Positions 10,919 through 23,011 of a stretch of 64,000 bases of DNA are shown here, piece after piece. A program made the translations under genes and the position numbers. Below the pieces are notes generated by a model, which was not told the origin of the DNA, made no database searches, and worked only from the letters and a program-made list of their open reading frames with translations. This DNA is from Prochlorococcus sp. AG-679-M23 (GTDB taxonomy: Bacteria > Cyanobacteriota > Cyanobacteriia > PCC-6307 > Cyanobiaceae): positions 64,001-128,000 of the forward strand of contig QCUR01000003.1 of assembly GCA_003208875.1 (NCBI GenBank), given 5' to 3'. Position 1 is the stretch's first letter. Every line of letters starts with the position of its first letter.

Positions 10919-12013
10919 TTATGCTATTTTTATATTTTGTTTTTCAAATTTTGTAATAGTTTCTATTATATCTTGCTGATTGATTTCAAAAGGCAAAAAA
11001 TGAATTTCTGATTTATCCCTGCATGTAAATTCAGCAATTTTTTGTAAATTGTTATTTTCAAAAACATTTATTCCTAAGTCGGCGATAGTAGTTGGTAAAT
11101 CCAATTTTCTCATTAATTCTAGTAACTGTTTAGTAGATTGATTAGCTAATTTATTATTATTTTTAGTTTCTTCTAATCTCAGTTGCAATAATATTCCAAC
11201 TCCAACGATTTCACCATGTAAGGGCTTATGACTTGAAATTATCTGAGTAATAGCATTATGAAAAGCATGCGCTGCTGCAGTTCTACACTTTTCCCCACCA
11301 ATGCCTCCAATCAATCCAGCAGTAAGTGAACATCCCTCTACAACATTACACCAAGCAACATTTTGGATTGACTGACTCTTATAAGCACTTTCTCCATTAA
11401 TAAGTAATTGGTCTCTTAATACTCTTGATATTTGAATTGCTTGCTGAACAAGTCCATCTTCAATTTTTGAACTAGTCAAAGAAGATTCGTACCATTTAGC
11501 TAATGCATCAGCTATTCCACTAGCAAGTGTTCTCTTAGGAGCTGTTTTAATAAATCCGTGATCAAGTACCAATATTTCAGGACAAGACTTCAACTCAATA
11601 TCTTTGATAAATTGCCCATCTTTTGAATAAATATTTGATAATGCAGTCCAACCTGCACAAGTAGATGCACTTAAAGGGATAGTAATAGCTGGAATCGATA
11701 GAAAGTCTGCTAAAAATTTTCCTGCGTCTAAAACTTTGCCTCCGCCTATAGCAATAATTGAATCGCAATTATTTTTAATTATGATACTTTTTATTCTTTC
11801 AAGATCTTCATAACAACAATCAAACTGTAAGTTCGATGTATTTATATAAAAATGATGATCTTGCAAATCTTTATAAATTTGATGCCTTATGTTTTTTGTT
11901 GATAAACTTCTACCTAGAAGCAAGGGACGCTTAGAAATTTTTTTTATATGTGTAAGAGATTTTTTCCAAGCATTATTTCCCCTAAAAATTTTTTCTGGAG
12001 ATATTAATTGCAT
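10919..12013 (-). CDS. gldA: Iron-containing alcohol / glycerol dehydrogenase
   Basis: GGGKVLDAGK, GIADALAKWYE, AHAFHN and HGEIVG motifs. Confidence 0.85.
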   Translation of the reverse strand: MQLISPEKIFRGNNAWKKSLTHIKKISKRPLLLGRSLSTKNIRHQIYKDLQDHHFYINTSNLQFDCCYEDLERIKSIIIKNNCDSIIAIGGGKVLDAGKFLADFLSIPAITIPLSASTCAGWTALSNIYSKDGQFIKDIELKSCPEILVLDHGFIKTAPKRTLASGIADALAKWYESSLTSSKIEDGLVQQAIQISRVLRDQLLINGESAYKSQSIQNVAWCNVVEGCSLTAGLIGGIGGEKCRTAAAHAFHNAITQIISSHKPLHGEIVGVGILLQLRLEETKNNNKLANQSTKQLLELMRKLDLPTTIADLGINVFENNNLQKIAEFTCRDKSEIHFLPFEINQQDIIETITKFEKQNIKIA

Positions 12014-12027
12014 ATCATAGAAACTAT

Positions 12028-14556
12028 CTAGAAATTAGCCCCTGCCAATTCTTGAGAAGATTCTTCTGAGGAAATATTTACTATGACTTTCTTATTCTCG
12101 TCTATATCAACTAAAGCTTTATCTCCATCTTTAATTCTTCCTGATAAAACTTCTTCAGCTAAACTATCCTCTAATAAGCGCATAACTGCTCTTCTTAAAG
12201 GTCTTGCTCCGTAAGAGGGATTATATCCTTCTTCGACAAGCCTTTCTTTAAAAGCATCAGTAACATTTAATTTTATACCCTTCTCGTTTAATCGAGAAAA
12301 AACTTCTTTTAACATTATTTCTGCAATTTCTTTAACTTCATTTTTAGATAATTGTCTGAATACAATTATTTCATCAAGCCTATTTAAAAATTCAGGTCTG
12401 AAGTATTGTTTTAATTCCTCATTTACAAGTGATTTTATCCTATTGTATTGGCTATCTTCAACTGAATCTCCTGAAAATTCAAAGCCTAAACCCCCACCAC
12501 CTTTTTCGATTACTTTAGAACCAATATTAGAAGTCATTATTAAAAGTGTATTTTTAAAATCTACTGTTCTACCTTTTGAGTCTGTTAGTCTTCCATCTTC
12601 CAGTAATTGTAATAATAAATTAAATACGTCTGGATGAGCTTTCTCAACTTCATCGAAGAGTACAACAGTATATGGTCTTCTTCTTACTGCCTCTGTAAGT
12701 TGGCCTCCCTCATTGAAGCCTACATATCCTGGAGGTGAACCAATTAATTTGCTGACAGTATGTCTTTCCATAAATTCAGACATATCTAATCTGATCATGG
12801 CTTCTTCACTACCAAAAAAGTACGAAGCCAAGGATTTGGTTAATTCAGTTTTTCCAACACCAGTAGGACCTGAAAAGATAAAACTTGCAATTGGCCTATT
12901 AGGGTTTTTCAAACCGACTCTAGCTCTTCTAATAGCTCTTGATACTGCTTTAACAGCCTCATCTTGACCTATTAACCTTTGATGTAACGTCTCTTCCATA
13001 TTAAGGAGTTTGACCGACTCGGTTTCTGTTAATTTCTGAACGGGAACGCCGGTCCAAGAGGCAACTATATGAGCTACATCCTCTTCACTTACAAGAGGAT
13101 CATGAATAATCGTTGAATTATTTTCAGTAGTTTCTTTAGAAATACTTGTATCATTTTTTTCTGAACTTTCTTTTTTATTTTCCAAAAGCTCTTTTATTTT
13201 TGCAGATAATTCAATTTCTTTTTCTCTTAACACTCCTGCCTGATCGAAGTTTTGATCTCTTACTGATTCTTCTTTTTGTTTCTGGACCTGTCTTAATTCT
13301 TTATCAATTTGTTTCGCTTCGGGAGGAAGTTTGGAATTGATCAGCCTTACTCTACTGCCTGCCTCGTCTATAAGATCTATAGCTTTATCTGGTAAAAACC
13401 TATCAGAAATGTAGCGATCACCTAAATGAGCTGCTGCTTCTAAAGCGTCATCTGTAATTTTTAAACGATGATGTTGCTCGTAACGTTCCCTTAAACCTTT
13501 TAAAATTTCAATAGTATCAGCAATAGATGGCTCTCCAACCATTACAGGTTGAAACCTTCTTTCAAGAGCAGCATCTCTTTCAATATGCTTTCTATATTCA
13601 TCAAGAGTTGTAGCACCTATACATTGAAGTTCTCCTCTAGCTAATGCTGGTTTTAATATGTTAGCAGCATCAATTGCACCTTCAGCAGCTCCTGCACCTA
13701 TTAAAGTATGAACCTCATCGATAACTAATATAACGTTACCAGCAGATTTAATTTCTTCCATTATTTTTTTTAGTCTTTCTTCAAATTCACCTCTATATTT
13801 TGTTCCTGCGACAAGGAGGCCAATATCAAGAGTTAGAACTCTTTTATCCTCAAGGATATCTGGAATTTCCCCAAGTTGAATTCTTTGTGCTAAACCTTCA
13901 GCAATAGCTGTTTTTCCTACTCCAGGTTCACCTATTAGAACAGGATTGTTTTTAGTTCTTCTACCTAAAATTTGAATAACTCTATCAATTTCTGCGTGGC
14001 GTCCAACAACTGGATCAAGTTTTGATTCACTTGCTAGTTTTGTTAAGTTTGTACCGAATTCGTCAAGAGTCGCGGTTTTCAAATTACCCTTATTTGAAGA
14101 ACCGCCTGAACCAACTTCAGCAGTCTCTCCAAGCATTCTTATAACTTGAGTTCTGACTTTCGTTAAGTCAATTCCAAGATTCTCTAAAACTCTTGCGGCA
14201 ACACCCTCTCCTTCTCTGATTAGACCCAAAAGTAGATGTTCCGTGCCTATATAATTGTGACCCAATTGGCGTGCTTCTTCAAGAGATAATTCTAAAACTC
14301 TTTTCGCTCTAGGGGTAAATGGGATTTCAACGGCTACAAATCCTGAACCTCTTCCTATAATTTTCTCAACTTCTATTCTTGAATCTTTTAAATTTACACC
14401 TAGTGATTTAAGCACCTTTGCAGCTACACCTGTTCCTTCTCCAATTAAACCTAAAAGAATTTGTTCTGTTCCAACAAAATTATGACCAAGTCTTCTAGCC
14501 TCTTCTTGCGCAAGCATAATGACTTTGATTGCTTTCTCTGTGAATCTTTCAAACAT
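12028..14556 (-). CDS. clpC: ATP-dependent Clp protease ATP-binding subunit ClpC
   Basis: [10 protein letters not shown]-terminus, two AAA+ modules ([16 protein letters not shown]), GARPLRR. Confidence 0.98.
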   Translation of the reverse strand: MFERFTEKAIKVIMLAQEEARRLGHNFVGTEQILLGLIGEGTGVAAKVLKSLGVNLKDSRIEVEKIIGRGSGFVAVEIPFTPRAKRVLELSLEEARQLGHNYIGTEHLLLGLIREGEGVAARVLENLGIDLTKVRTQVIRMLGETAEVGSGGSSNKGNLKTATLDEFGTNLTKLASESKLDPVVGRHAEIDRVIQILGRRTKNNPVLIGEPGVGKTAIAEGLAQRIQLGEIPDILEDKRVLTLDIGLLVAGTKYRGEFEERLKKIMEEIKSAGNVILVIDEVHTLIGAGAAEGAIDAANILKPALARGELQCIGATTLDEYRKHIERDAALERRFQPVMVGEPSIADTIEILKGLRERYEQHHRLKITDDALEAAAHLGDRYISDRFLPDKAIDLIDEAGSRVRLINSKLPPEAKQIDKELRQVQKQKEESVRDQNFDQAGVLREKEIELSAKIKELLENKKESSEKNDTSISKETTENNSTIIHDPLVSEEDVAHIVASWTGVPVQKLTETESVKLLNMEETLHQRLIGQDEAVKAVSRAIRRARVGLKNPNRPIASFIFSGPTGVGKTELTKSLASYFFGSEEAMIRLDMSEFMERHTVSKLIGSPPGYVGFNEGGQLTEAVRRRPYTVVLFDEVEKAHPDVFNLLLQLLEDGRLTDSKGRTVDFKNTLLIMTSNIGSKVIEKGGGGLGFEFSGDSVEDSQYNRIKSLVNEELKQYFRPEFLNRLDEIIVFRQLSKNEVKEIAEIMLKEVFSRLNEKGIKLNVTDAFKERLVEEGYNPSYGARPLRRAVMRLLEDSLAEEVLSGRIKDGDKALVDIDENKKVIVNISSEESSQELAGANF

Positions 14557-14740
14557 TGAAGGGTTAAGTTTCTTACTAATAACCTACCAGTATTAAGTCA
14601 ATTTTGTGTTCAGAATGAGCTTTTGTGAATACCCAAAAGTATAATTCATGTCAAAATTAATTTACATAATTGATGATATAGCAGCTTTATTAAGGTGATT
14701 TCAGGGATTCTGGTTATCCGCACAAAAAATTTTATAATAA

Positions 14741-15178
14741 TTATTTTATGAATTCCTTTTCTTTTAAAAGAGCATCATCACCATTTTTATAATAGTTTTT
14801 TCTTCTTCCAACAGTTAAAAATTTAAATTTACAATAAAAGATCTCGGCAATTGCATTGGTTTCCGAAACTTCCAAAAGTAATTTTTTTATATTTAATTTT
14901 TCACAATCTTTTATCAAATAGTTCATTAGTTGACTTCCATAACCTTTTCGACGAAATTTTTGTTTTATTGAAAAATAACTTATTTGAGCTTCATCAATTA
15001 TTGTTTGAACTACATAAATTCCAATTATTTTCTTTTTGAAAAATATTGCAACTACTTTGGTACCAATTTTATTAAACTCACTTTGCCATTGTTTTTTAGT
15101 CCATAAACAAATTGTATCTGAATCTAATTCGTAACATAATTCAAATTCTTTTTGATCAATTTCTTTTATTGAGATCAT
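14741..15178 (-). CDS. rimI: RimI-like GNAT acetyltransferase
   Basis: RRKGYG acetyl-CoA motif, LEVSETN, GRRKNYY. Confidence 0.8.
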   Translation of the reverse strand: MISIKEIDQKEFELCYELDSDTICLWTKKQWQSEFNKIGTKVVAIFFKKKIIGIYVVQTIIDEAQISYFSIKQKFRRKGYGSQLMNYLIKDCEKLNIKKLLLEVSETNAIAEIFYCKFKFLTVGRRKNYYKNGDDALLKEKEFIK

Positions 15179-15256
15179 CGAAGTAAATATTTTCTCTCTA
15201 AATAGTTTTTGAAATTTTATTTATTATAAATGTTCTGAAAGTTGTAGAATGAAATT

Positions 15257-16645
15257 ATGAAAAAGATTCCCATGAATGTAAAAACATCATTCTTAAAAAA
15301 TAAAATTCATGAAAATAGTCCCAATAAAAACATAGTTCCTGTCACAACGACTATTAGCAGTGATAATAACTTATTTATTGGTGGATGTTCTTTGGAAGAT
15401 TTAGTAAGAAAATACGATTCACCCCTCTATGTTTTGGATGAGATTACCTTAAGAAATTCCTGTAGAGCATATAAAAAAGCACTAGTAAAATATTATCCAG
15501 GCCCATCTCTACCGATATATGCATCCAAGGCAAATAGTTCAATATTTATGAGTAATTTAATTGCATCAGAGGGTTTTGGGCTCGATGCAGTTTCAGAAGG
15601 AGAATTATTGACAGCTCTAAAAGGTGGAGTTCCGAATGAAAAAATTGTTTTTCATGGAAATAATAAATCTGATAAGGAAATTGAATTTGCGATAAAAAAT
15701 AATATCAAAGTTATTGTAGATAACGACCATGATTTAAAAAGACTTGAAGAGACATCTAATTCCTTTGATCACGATATAGAGATAATGATTAGATTCACAC
15801 CTGGAATAGAATGCCATACACATGAATACATCAGAACAGGTTCTTTTGATAGTAAATTTGGATTTGGAATCGAATCACTAGGTAAGCTATTCGAAGACAT
15901 AAGTAAAACTAAACATATTAAATTAACAGGATTGCATGCTCATATTGGTTCTCAGATTTTTGAACTAGATCCTCATAATGACCTTGGGAAAATAATGGTA
16001 AATGTCATTTTACAAGCTAAAGATTTTGGTCACAACATAAAAGAACTAAATGTAGGTGGTGGTCTAGGAATTAAATATACTGAGGATGATGATCCACCTT
16101 CTATTGATGAATGGATTAAAACAGTATCATTATCTGTTGTAAAAGCATGTGATAAAAATAATTTAAACTTACCAATACTTATGTGTGAGCCGGGTAGGTC
16201 TATAGTTTCAACAGCAGGAGTAACTATATACAAAATTGGCTCATTTAAAGAAGTCCCTGGGATAAGGACATACTTATCGGTAGATGGCGGTATGAGTGAT
16301 AATCCCAGGCCAATTACATATCAATCAAATTATTCAGCTTGTTTGGTAAGTAACCCTTTAAATAGTAATTCCAAAAATAAATATACAGTTGCAGGAAAAC
16401 ATTGTGAATCTGGAGATGTATTATTTAAAGAACTTGAACTTGGTGATTGCGAAACAGGTGACTTGATATGTGTTTTTGGTACTGGTGCATATAATAATTC
16501 TATGAGTTCTAACTATAATAGGATTCCCAAACCTGCTGCTATTTTAGTCTGTAATGGAGAAGCAGAGATTATTCAGAAAAGAGAAAGTCCACATGATCTT
16601 CTAAAATATGATGTCCTTCCTGATCGCTTTATCAAACAAAGTTAG
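15257..16645 (+). CDS. lysA: Diaminopimelate decarboxylase
   Basis: YASKAN, HAHIGSQ, EPGRS and HCESGD motifs. Confidence 0.96.
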   Translation: MKKIPMNVKTSFLKNKIHENSPNKNIVPVTTTISSDNNLFIGGCSLEDLVRKYDSPLYVLDEITLRNSCRAYKKALVKYYPGPSLPIYASKANSSIFMSNLIASEGFGLDAVSEGELLTALKGGVPNEKIVFHGNNKSDKEIEFAIKNNIKVIVDNDHDLKRLEETSNSFDHDIEIMIRFTPGIECHTHEYIRTGSFDSKFGFGIESLGKLFEDISKTKHIKLTGLHAHIGSQIFELDPHNDLGKIMVNVILQAKDFGHNIKELNVGGGLGIKYTEDDDPPSIDEWIKTVSLSVVKACDKNNLNLPILMCEPGRSIVSTAGVTIYKIGSFKEVPGIRTYLSVDGGMSDNPRPITYQSNYSACLVSNPLNSNSKNKYTVAGKHCESGDVLFKELELGDCETGDLICVFGTGAYNNSMSSNYNRIPKPAAILVCNGEAEIIQKRESPHDLLKYDVLPDRFIKQS

Positions 16646-16674
16646 GTACATTTAATATAATTTAAATTTCGATA

Positions 16675-17565
16675 GTGAATTTTTGGGGGTTTATAAACTT
16701 AAAATTTTTACTAGACGTATTATTTGCTCTAGGATTTGGTCTTTTATTATTTTCAAGAGTTAAAGAACAACGAACATTGTGGTTACTAAGAGGGTATTTA
16801 TTCTTAGTTTCTTTTGCTTGGTTTATTCAAAGATATGCATATCTACCTCTAACTTCAAAATTAATTGATGCTGTAGTACTTGCTTGCTCTCTGTCTTTAG
16901 CCATCCTATGGCAGGGTGAACTCCGACGATTAATGGAATTACTTGGGACTGGAAGGCTAGCTGTATTACTAGGCAACCCACCTAAAGAATTCAGAGCAAC
17001 ATCTACGACAGTTAACCAATTAGTTGATGCTGCAGGAAAGCTATCACAAAATAGAAAAGGAGCTTTAATAGTTGTAGATTTAGGAAGCGATTTAAGACCA
17101 GAAGATTTTTTATATTCAGGGATAAAGATTGAAGCAAAATTGTCTACAGATCTTTTAATAAATTTGTTCGCAACAGATACACCCTTACATGATGGAGCAG
17201 TCTTAGTAAAAGGTAATAAAATAATTTCAGCGGGAGTAATATTACCTCTATCAAGGCAAGGTATTAGTAGATACGGAACAAGACATCTTGCAGCATTGGG
17301 CATTACAGAAAGGTTTGACAGATGTATTTGTATTGTTGTCTCTGAAGAAACAGGCACTTTATCATTAGCTAATCAAGGAAAACTAGAGAGACCTATTACG
17401 AGTAGCAGATTACAAGAACTTCTCATAAAGTTAGTAGGGAATCAAAATACGTCGGGGACTCCAAAATCATCTTCGAACAAAACCAATTCGTACCAAAAAA
17501 CAAATACCAATGATACTATTACAGTTGAAAAGAAGTTAGACAAACCAAATACTATTCAAGAATAA
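16675..17565 (+). CDS. cdaA: Diadenylate cyclase CdaA
   Basis: N-terminal TM helices plus DAC domain (PLHDGA, GTRH); lysA-cdaA-uppS order. Confidence 0.92.
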   Translation: MNFWGFINLKFLLDVLFALGFGLLLFSRVKEQRTLWLLRGYLFLVSFAWFIQRYAYLPLTSKLIDAVVLACSLSLAILWQGELRRLMELLGTGRLAVLLGNPPKEFRATSTTVNQLVDAAGKLSQNRKGALIVVDLGSDLRPEDFLYSGIKIEAKLSTDLLINLFATDTPLHDGAVLVKGNKIISAGVILPLSRQGISRYGTRHLAALGITERFDRCICIVVSEETGTLSLANQGKLERPITSSRLQELLIKLVGNQNTSGTPKSSSNKTNSYQKTNTNDTITVEKKLDKPNTIQE

Positions 17566-17568
17566 TTT

Positions 17569-18390
17569 ATGAGATTGAATAACATACAAACAAAAAATAA
17601 TAATATAAATTTATCTAGTGAATTAGATAAGGAGAGAATTCCAGAACACGTTGCAATAATAATGGATGGCAATGGGAGGTGGGCTACAAAAAAGGGGTTA
17701 CCTAGATCATTTGGCCATAATAAGGGTGTTAGTGTTCTAAAGGAAATTATTAAGGTATCTAAGAAAATAGATTGTAAAGTTCTAACGGTTTATGCCTTTT
17801 CAACTGAGAATTGGATTAGACCCTCCAAAGAGATTGATTTTCTTATAAATCTTTTTGAAAAAGTTTTGAAAAAAGAAATTTCTGAAATACATCAAGAGTC
17901 AATAAAAATTAAGTTTATTGGAGATTTATCCCCATTTCCTAAGTCATTAAAATCAATAATAAAGAGTTCAGAAGCACTTACTAATAATAATAATAAATTT
18001 ACATTAAATATTTGTGTAAATTATGGAGGAAGGCAAGAAATAGTAAAAGCTGCTAAAGAAATAGCCATCAAATCTACCTCAGGTGAAATAAAACCCAGTG
18101 ACATAGACGAACAATTATTTAATTCAGAACTGCTAACTAATGGGAGCAAGGATCCTGAACTACTAATTCGAACTAGTGGTGAAAAAAGGATTAGTAATTT
18201 TCTTTTATGGCAATTAGCTTATTCTGAAATTTATATAACTGATGTATTATGGCCAGACTTTACTGAGATTGAATTTTTAAAAGCCATAATAGATTATCAA
18301 TCGAGGAATAGGCGTTTTGGAGGTATAGAATCATTATCAAATGAATCTTTTGAAGATTCTTACTATTCTTCCCTAAGTAAAAATGATTAA
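17569..18390 (+). CDS. uppS: Isoprenyl transferase (undecaprenyl diphosphate synthase)
   Basis: [17 protein letters not shown] and [15 protein letters not shown] motifs. Confidence 0.96.
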   Translation: MRLNNIQTKNNNINLSSELDKERIPEHVAIIMDGNGRWATKKGLPRSFGHNKGVSVLKEIIKVSKKIDCKVLTVYAFSTENWIRPSKEIDFLINLFEKVLKKEISEIHQESIKIKFIGDLSPFPKSLKSIIKSSEALTNNNNKFTLNICVNYGGRQEIVKAAKEIAIKSTSGEIKPSDIDEQLFNSELLTNGSKDPELLIRTSGEKRISNFLLWQLAYSEIYITDVLWPDFTEIEFLKAIIDYQSRNRRFGGIESLSNESFEDSYYSSLSKND

Positions 18391-19390
18391 TTCAGATAAT
18401 CAAAAATTTAGCGAAATAAGATTTGATTGGGAAAGAGAGGAGATTTTGGAAATATTAAATTACCCATTGATAGATTTAATGTGGGAAGCTCAAATTATTC
18501 ATAGAAGATTTAATCAATATAAAGTACAACTAGCCTCTCTTTTTAGTGTAAAAACTGGCGGGTGTGAAGAGAACTGTTCTTACTGTAGCCAATCAATTTA
18601 TAGCTCTAGTCAAATAAAGAGTCACCCTCAATTTGAAGTTGAAGCTGTTTTAAATAGAGCGAAAATAGCAAAAAAAGAAGGTGCTGATAGATTTTGTATG
18701 GGTTGGGCTTGGAGAGAAATTAGAGATGGCAAACCTTTCAACTCAATGATAGAAATGGTTAAAGGTGTAAAAGAACTTGGAATGGAGGCATGTGTAACCG
18801 CGGGGATGCTCACAGATGAGCAGGCATTGAGACTTGCCGATGCCGGGCTAACCGCATACAACCATAATCTCGATACAAGTCCTGAATACTATAAAAATAT
18901 TATTACGACAAGAACTTATCAGGATAGATTAGATACTATTAAAAGAGTAAGAAATGCAGGTATAAATGTATGTTGCGGAGGAATTATAGGTCTAGGAGAA
19001 AATAATGGAGATAGAGCATCTCTTTTAGAAGTTCTCTCAAACATGAATCCTCACCCTGAAAGTGTTCCAATTAATTCACTGGTAGCTATAGAAGGAACAG
19101 GTTTGGAGAAAAAAAAAGAAATTGATTCTATTGAGATGATAAGAATGATCGCTACTGCTAGAATTCTTATGCCAAAAAGCAAAATAAGATTAAGTGCTGG
19201 AAGGGAGAACTTAACTAAAGAAGCTCAGATTCTTTGTTTTCAATGCGGAGCAAACTCTATTTTTTATGGAGATGAATTATTGACAACCTCAAATCCATCT
19301 TTTCAAGATGACAGAAAACTACTTGAGGATGTAGGGGTTTTATTTAATAAAGATTTTGAATATTGTGATAAGACTGTTTCTACGGTATGA
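18383..19390 (+). CDS. bioB: Biotin synthase
   Basis: Radical [24 protein letters not shown]. Confidence 0.96.
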   Translation: MINSDNQKFSEIRFDWEREEILEILNYPLIDLMWEAQIIHRRFNQYKVQLASLFSVKTGGCEENCSYCSQSIYSSSQIKSHPQFEVEAVLNRAKIAKKEGADRFCMGWAWREIRDGKPFNSMIEMVKGVKELGMEACVTAGMLTDEQALRLADAGLTAYNHNLDTSPEYYKNIITTRTYQDRLDTIKRVRNAGINVCCGGIIGLGENNGDRASLLEVLSNMNPHPESVPINSLVAIEGTGLEKKKEIDSIEMIRMIATARILMPKSKIRLSAGRENLTKEAQILCFQCGANSIFYGDELLTTSNPSFQDDRKLLEDVGVLFNKDFEYCDKTVSTV

Positions 19391-20319
19391 CTAATAATAT
19401 TTATAAGATAGTTTCGCTCTATTCTTTCTTCTCATTTCAAGAAAATTCAATAATTGAACTCAAAGAAAACTTATTTAGTATTGAGAAAAACAATGATCTT
19501 TCAGGCCTATTAATAATTGCGAAAGAGGGTCTAAACGGAACCATTTGCGCTGAAGAGAGTATTATTGAAAATATCCTAAAATTAATCAAAAACATTGTTG
19601 GGATTAAAGAATTAAATATAAAAGTTAGTTATTCAAAAAAGAAGATTTTCAAAAAATTAAAAATAAAAATTAAAGCTGAAATAGTAACTATGGGTATCCC
19701 TGAAATAAATCCATCAAAAGATGCCGGAACTTATATTGACTCATTTTCTTGGAATAAATTAATTAAAGATCAAAATACAATCGTCATTGATACTAGAAAT
19801 CATTATGAAGTATCTATAGGAAGTTTTAAAAAGTCAATAAATCCAGATACGAAAAACTTTAGCGAGTTTCCAGAGTGGGTGGATAATAATTTAGGGAAAT
19901 ATTTAGGCGACGAAGATTCTAAAAATATAGCTATGTTTTGTACTGGAGGTATTAGATGTGAGAAAGCTACTAGCTTATTAAAAAAGAAAGGTTACAAAAA
20001 TATCTTCCATTTAGAAGGCGGGATACTTAAATACCTCGAAGACATTTCAAAGGAAGAAAGCTTGTTTGAAGGAGAATGTTTTGTTTTTGATAAAAGAGTA
20101 GCTTTAGATCACGAACTAAAAAAAGGTTCTTACTCAATTTGTCATGCATGTGGGATGCCAATTTCTATAGAAGAGCAAAAGAATGAGGAATACCGAGAAG
20201 GTGTGCAATGTCATTTTTGTGTAAACAAATTTAGTGATAACGATAGAAAAAGATTTGAAGAAAGGCAAAAGCAAATAAATAAATTAAAAGAGAAAAATCA
20301 AAAAGTTTTTAAGGATTAA
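19387..20319 (+). CDS. trhO: Rhodanese-family tRNA uridine(34) hydroxylase (UPF0176)
   Basis: [24 protein letters not shown] and GECFVFD motifs. Confidence 0.88.
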   Translation: MTNNIYKIVSLYSFFSFQENSIIELKENLFSIEKNNDLSGLLIIAKEGLNGTICAEESIIENILKLIKNIVGIKELNIKVSYSKKKIFKKLKIKIKAEIVTMGIPEINPSKDAGTYIDSFSWNKLIKDQNTIVIDTRNHYEVSIGSFKKSINPDTKNFSEFPEWVDNNLGKYLGDEDSKNIAMFCTGGIRCEKATSLLKKKGYKNIFHLEGGILKYLEDISKEESLFEGECFVFDKRVALDHELKKGSYSICHACGMPISIEEQKNEEYREGVQCHFCVNKFSDNDRKRFEERQKQINKLKEKNQKVFKD

Positions 20320-20832
20320 TTGATAATAATTATGAAAGTTGTAGAATTACAAACTATTGCATTACATTTAGGCCTAATTATAAAAATACAAGTAAGAGAA
20401 ACTCTTGGATTATGTTTTTTTAAAATTGTTATTGCGGAACAAACAGACAATATTGTAAAGATTTGGGGAGAGATGAAAGGTTGGACTTACTTTAATCAGG
20501 AGGGTATTCAACTTGATACATTAAGGATCCTGAGTAACTCTCCACCTTTTGTTTCGGAATTAATATGGGCATCTACCATGGCTTGGTCAATCGAAATGAA
20601 AGTTAGTAAAAAAGCACGATTATTAGCCATTTATGATGCCGAAGGATATAGTAAAAAACTTGTCAGATACTTTAAAATTATTGGATTTAAAGTTGTAAAA
20701 GAAGTTGGCTCTAGTCCAATAGACCTTTTCTTAAGATTAATTTGGGGAGGTGCGGGAACACTAATGAAAGGAGACTGTTCTTATGTATTAAATAAAATGA
20801 AAGAAAAACTTTCTTTAATTAAAAAAGTTTAA
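20320..20832 (+). CDS. Conserved hypothetical protein
   Basis: 170-aa ORF continuing the operon; RLIWGGAGTLM C-terminal motif; likely start ATG at 20332. Confidence 0.7.
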   Translation: MIIIMKVVELQTIALHLGLIIKIQVRETLGLCFFKIVIAEQTDNIVKIWGEMKGWTYFNQEGIQLDTLRILSNSPPFVSELIWASTMAWSIEMKVSKKARLLAIYDAEGYSKKLVRYFKIIGFKVVKEVGSSPIDLFLRLIWGGAGTLMKGDCSYVLNKMKEKLSLIKKV

Positions 20833-21728
20833 CCAGCGTGATAACTACTTCTAACTAAAGGGCCACAAGATACTTTTTTAAACCCTAATTTCTTACAAAA
20901 ACTATTTAGATATTCAAACTCCTTTGGTTCCCAATATTTCTTAACGGACAAATGCTTTAATGAAGGTCTTAGATATTGTCCAATAGTAATTTGATCACAA
21001 TTCACTTTTTTTAGATCAAGAATCGTAGTTTCTATTTCTTCTAACGTTTCTCCTAAACCCAACATTATTCCTGATTTTGTTTGAATGTTAGGAGCAATAG
21101 ACTTTGCTTTTTCTAATAAACTTATTGAATTTTTATAGTTAGCACCTCTTCGGACTTCTTTTTGAAGCCTTTCCACTGTCTCAAGATTATGATTAAAACA
21201 AATTGGTCTTTGTTCTAGAATTTTTTTAAGTCTATCTTTTTGAAGTTTATCTTTATCTCCAAAAGATTTTCCACCTCCCCATAAATCAGGGGTAAGTACT
21301 TCTATTTGAATTTTTGGGTCAATTTTTCTAATCTCATTAATCGTTGAGACAAACAAATTAGCTCCATGATCGGGGAGGTCATCTCTGGCTACTGATGTAA
21401 GTACTACATATTTTAAGTTTAGAATTTTCACTGCTTCTGCGACTTGAATACTTTCATAATTATTTATTTCAGTAGGTTTACCTTTGCTTACCTGGCAGAA
21501 AGCACAGGCACGTGAACAAATTGATCCCCCAAGTAAAAAAGTAGCAGTCCCTGAGGCATAACATTCGGCCCTATTAGGACATCTCCCTTCTTCACAAATT
21601 GTATGTATATTTGACTTTTTAATGAGCCTTTGCATTTTCTCAAATTCTGAAGCTTTACTAATAGGGAATTTTATCCAAGAAGGAAGCCTTAAAATTTTTT
21701 CTACTTTAATCTGATTTTTATTTTTCAT
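20829..21728 (-). CDS. lipA: Lipoyl synthase
   Basis: CEEGRCPNRAEC, CSRACAFC and RSSYHA motifs. Confidence 0.96.
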   Translation of the reverse strand: MKNKNQIKVEKILRLPSWIKFPISKASEFEKMQRLIKKSNIHTICEEGRCPNRAECYASGTATFLLGGSICSRACAFCQVSKGKPTEINNYESIQVAEAVKILNLKYVVLTSVARDDLPDHGANLFVSTINEIRKIDPKIQIEVLTPDLWGGGKSFGDKDKLQKDRLKKILEQRPICFNHNLETVERLQKEVRRGANYKNSISLLEKAKSIAPNIQTKSGIMLGLGETLEEIETTILDLKKVNCDQITIGQYLRPSLKHLSVKKYWEPKEFEYLNSFCKKLGFKKVSCGPLVRSSYHAG

Positions 21729-21730
21729 TT

Positions 21731-22330
21731 TTAAATTAAATTTGTTCTTCCTTCTAAGGCTCTTGCTAAAGTAACTTCGTCAACATATTCAAGTTCACTT
21801 CCCATAGGAAGCCCATAGGCAATTCTAGTAACTTTAGTAAAAGGAGTTAGTAATTTTCCAATATAAAGGCTTGTAGTATCGCCCTCAACACTTGGAGTAA
21901 GTGCCAGTATTATTTCTTCAATGTCTGATTTACTTACTCTAGCAACTAAACTTCTGATCTCTAACAATTCTGGACTAATTGAATCCATAGGAGAAATTAA
22001 ACCTCCAATAACATGATAAGTCCCTTTAAACTCCCTTGATCGTTCTAAAGCAAGTAAATCTTTAGTTTCTGCTACTACACAAATTATTTTTTGATTCCTC
22101 TCAGTATTTCTACATATTTCACATTCTTCTTCTGAAGTTAAATTAAAACATTTTTTGCAATAGCCAACATTACTACGTGCTTCTAATAATGATTTAGAAA
22201 AATCTCTAATACTACTTTCAGGTTGTTTTAAAACAAATAATGCTAATCTTTGAGCTGTTCTTGGACCTATTCCTGGAAATTTCTCAAAATGAGCAATTAA
22301 TTTTGAAAGTGGTTTAGTAAATGTTATCAA
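21731..22330 (-). CDS. recR: Recombination mediator RecR
   Basis: [12 protein letters not shown]hH, C4 zinc finger, Toprim domain (EGDTT). Confidence 0.96.
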   Translation of the reverse strand: MITFTKPLSKLIAHFEKFPGIGPRTAQRLALFVLKQPESSIRDFSKSLLEARSNVGYCKKCFNLTSEEECEICRNTERNQKIICVVAETKDLLALERSREFKGTYHVIGGLISPMDSISPELLEIRSLVARVSKSDIEEIILALTPSVEGDTTSLYIGKLLTPFTKVTRIAYGLPMGSELEYVDEVTLARALEGRTNLI

Positions 22331-22435
22331 GATTAAATTTCTTCTAGAAACAATTTAGACGCATTTTTTGTAATTGGATTTATTTGTTTGCTTTTAATGT
22401 CTTATTATATTTTTAGTTAATAATTTCTAACAACA

Positions 22436-22993
22436 ATGAAAAATATGAAAATTAACCCTTTTAAAAATTTATTATTAATAATTTTATGTTTTGCATTAAG
22501 TGCATGCAGTGGAGGAATCAATGCAGGATTAGAGGCTTATCAGAGTCCCGATGGAAGATATGCCTTTTTATATCCAACAGGTTGGACAAGAGTAAAAGTA
22601 GATGGGGGGCCTGAAATTATTTATCACGATCTAATTAATAGTAATGAGACTTTAAGTTTGGTGATATCAGATGTAAATAAAGAAGTCGAATTAGAGCAAT
22701 TAGGGGATCCAAAAGAAGTTGGACAAACATTAATAACTAAGGTCATTGCGCCTGAGGGTTCAGGAAGATCAGTAAAACTTATTGATGCAAACAAAAGAGA
22801 AGCATCTAATCATATTTTTTATGATCTAGAGTATGAATTAAATCTTAATGATCAAGATAGGCATGAACTTGCGACTGTTGTAATCGATAGAGGAACTTTA
22901 TATACTTTTGCCGTCGGAACAAATGAAGAGAGATGGAATAAAGTCGATGGTATGTTTACTAATGTTATAGAGTCTTTTAACTTCTTAATTTAG
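22436..22993 (+). CDS. psbP: Photosystem II extrinsic lipoprotein CyanoP
   Basis: Lipobox LSAC, YAFLYPTGW, PsbP-fold motifs. Confidence 0.88.
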   Translation: MKNMKINPFKNLLLIILCFALSACSGGINAGLEAYQSPDGRYAFLYPTGWTRVKVDGGPEIIYHDLINSNETLSLVISDVNKEVELEQLGDPKEVGQTLITKVIAPEGSGRSVKLIDANKREASNHIFYDLEYELNLNDQDRHELATVVIDRGTLYTFAVGTNEERWNKVDGMFTNVIESFNFLI

Positions 22994-23011
22994 TTTTTGA
23001 AAAAATATTTT

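Noticed and set aside
16827..17357. 176-aa antisense ORF within cdaA
   Set aside because: Shadow frame of a well-supported gene; no motifs.
16675..17565. Diadenylate cyclase as part of a CBASS-like defence system
   Set aside because: It is the housekeeping CdaA in the usual lysA-cdaA-uppS context, with no effector gene.
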